Below are positions 63,694 to 64,000 of a stretch of DNA of 64,000 bases, piece by piece. Origin of the DNA: Escherichia phage vB_EcoM_ACG-C40. Each line of letters starts with the position of its first letter. The stretch's first letter is position 1. The position numbers and the translations under genes are program-made. The DNA lies in sequence record NC_019399.1, one strand, 5' to 3'. The notes beneath the pieces are model-generated. The model searched no databases. It saw only the letters and a program-made list of their open reading frames with translations, and was not told where the DNA came from.

Positions 63694-63988
63694 TAGTAAA
63701 GGTCCTCAGAGTAAAGTTCTTTTTCACTACCACCACGTTCAATACGCACTTGTCCAGCGTAAGTTGCAATAATCATTGCTTCTTCACGTGTCCAGTAATT
63801 GCTATACTGGTCAATAAATCCTTGGTCTTCACCACAAACATGGTCTGATACAAGTTTATCACTTACCTGGTCAAGAACTTCAGCCATATCTTTAGAATAA
63901 TGACGAGCACCAGGAATAACCAGAGTCCCACCATCTTTTAACTTAAAGCGGTTGGCTGCACACACAATTCGACGTTGATATTTTTCAT
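63693..63988 (-). CDS. Hypothetical protein
   Basis: Track start 63965 is TTG; in-frame ATG at 63988 gives [16 protein letters not shown]... (98 aa); start uncertain near window edge. Confidence 0.4.
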
Positions 63989-64000
63989 TATTGTTCCAAT

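Overview
This window is a contiguous segment of a T4-like (T-even, Tequatrovirus-type) lytic phage genome, collinear with the T4 map from the end of gene 17 to the arn region. It contains the plus-strand late structural block 18-19-20-67-68-21-22-23-24, then rnlB, hoc, inh, segE, uvsW, uvsY, the baseplate hub genes 25-26-51-27-28-29-48-54, alt, DNA ligase 30 and the 30.x ORFs, rIII, 31, cd, pseT, a spanin pair, alc, rnlA, denA, nrdB, nrdA, an intron-containing td with I-TevI, frd, 32, a segG-like gene, 59, 33, dsbA, rnh, tail fibre genes 34-35-36-37-38, holin t, asiA and arn. Identifications rest on my reading of the translated ORFs and recalled T4 protein sequences and lengths; no database search was run. 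I see no clear novel defence or anti-defence system. The points worth a second look are: (1) a near-identical 53-bp promoter-like repeat at two distant loci, part of a wider family of early-promoter-like elements whose -10 sits inside a hairpin; (2) a decayed duplicate of the alt 5' end that ends at that repeat; (3) an in-frame UGA in rnlB and a +1 homopolymer frameshift in hoc; (4) an HNH homing endonuclease gene between uvsW and uvsW.1 with a TTG start; (5) a 355-bp ORF-free, locally GC-rich gap between the 30.9-like ORF and rIII; (6) a 68-codon ORF between frd and td; (7) a T2-type tail fibre tip (gp37 with C-terminal chaperone domain plus glycine-rich gp38 adhesin). Many ORF-track entries are antisense artefacts, and several track start codons are TTG; starts of hypothetical ORFs are unverified.
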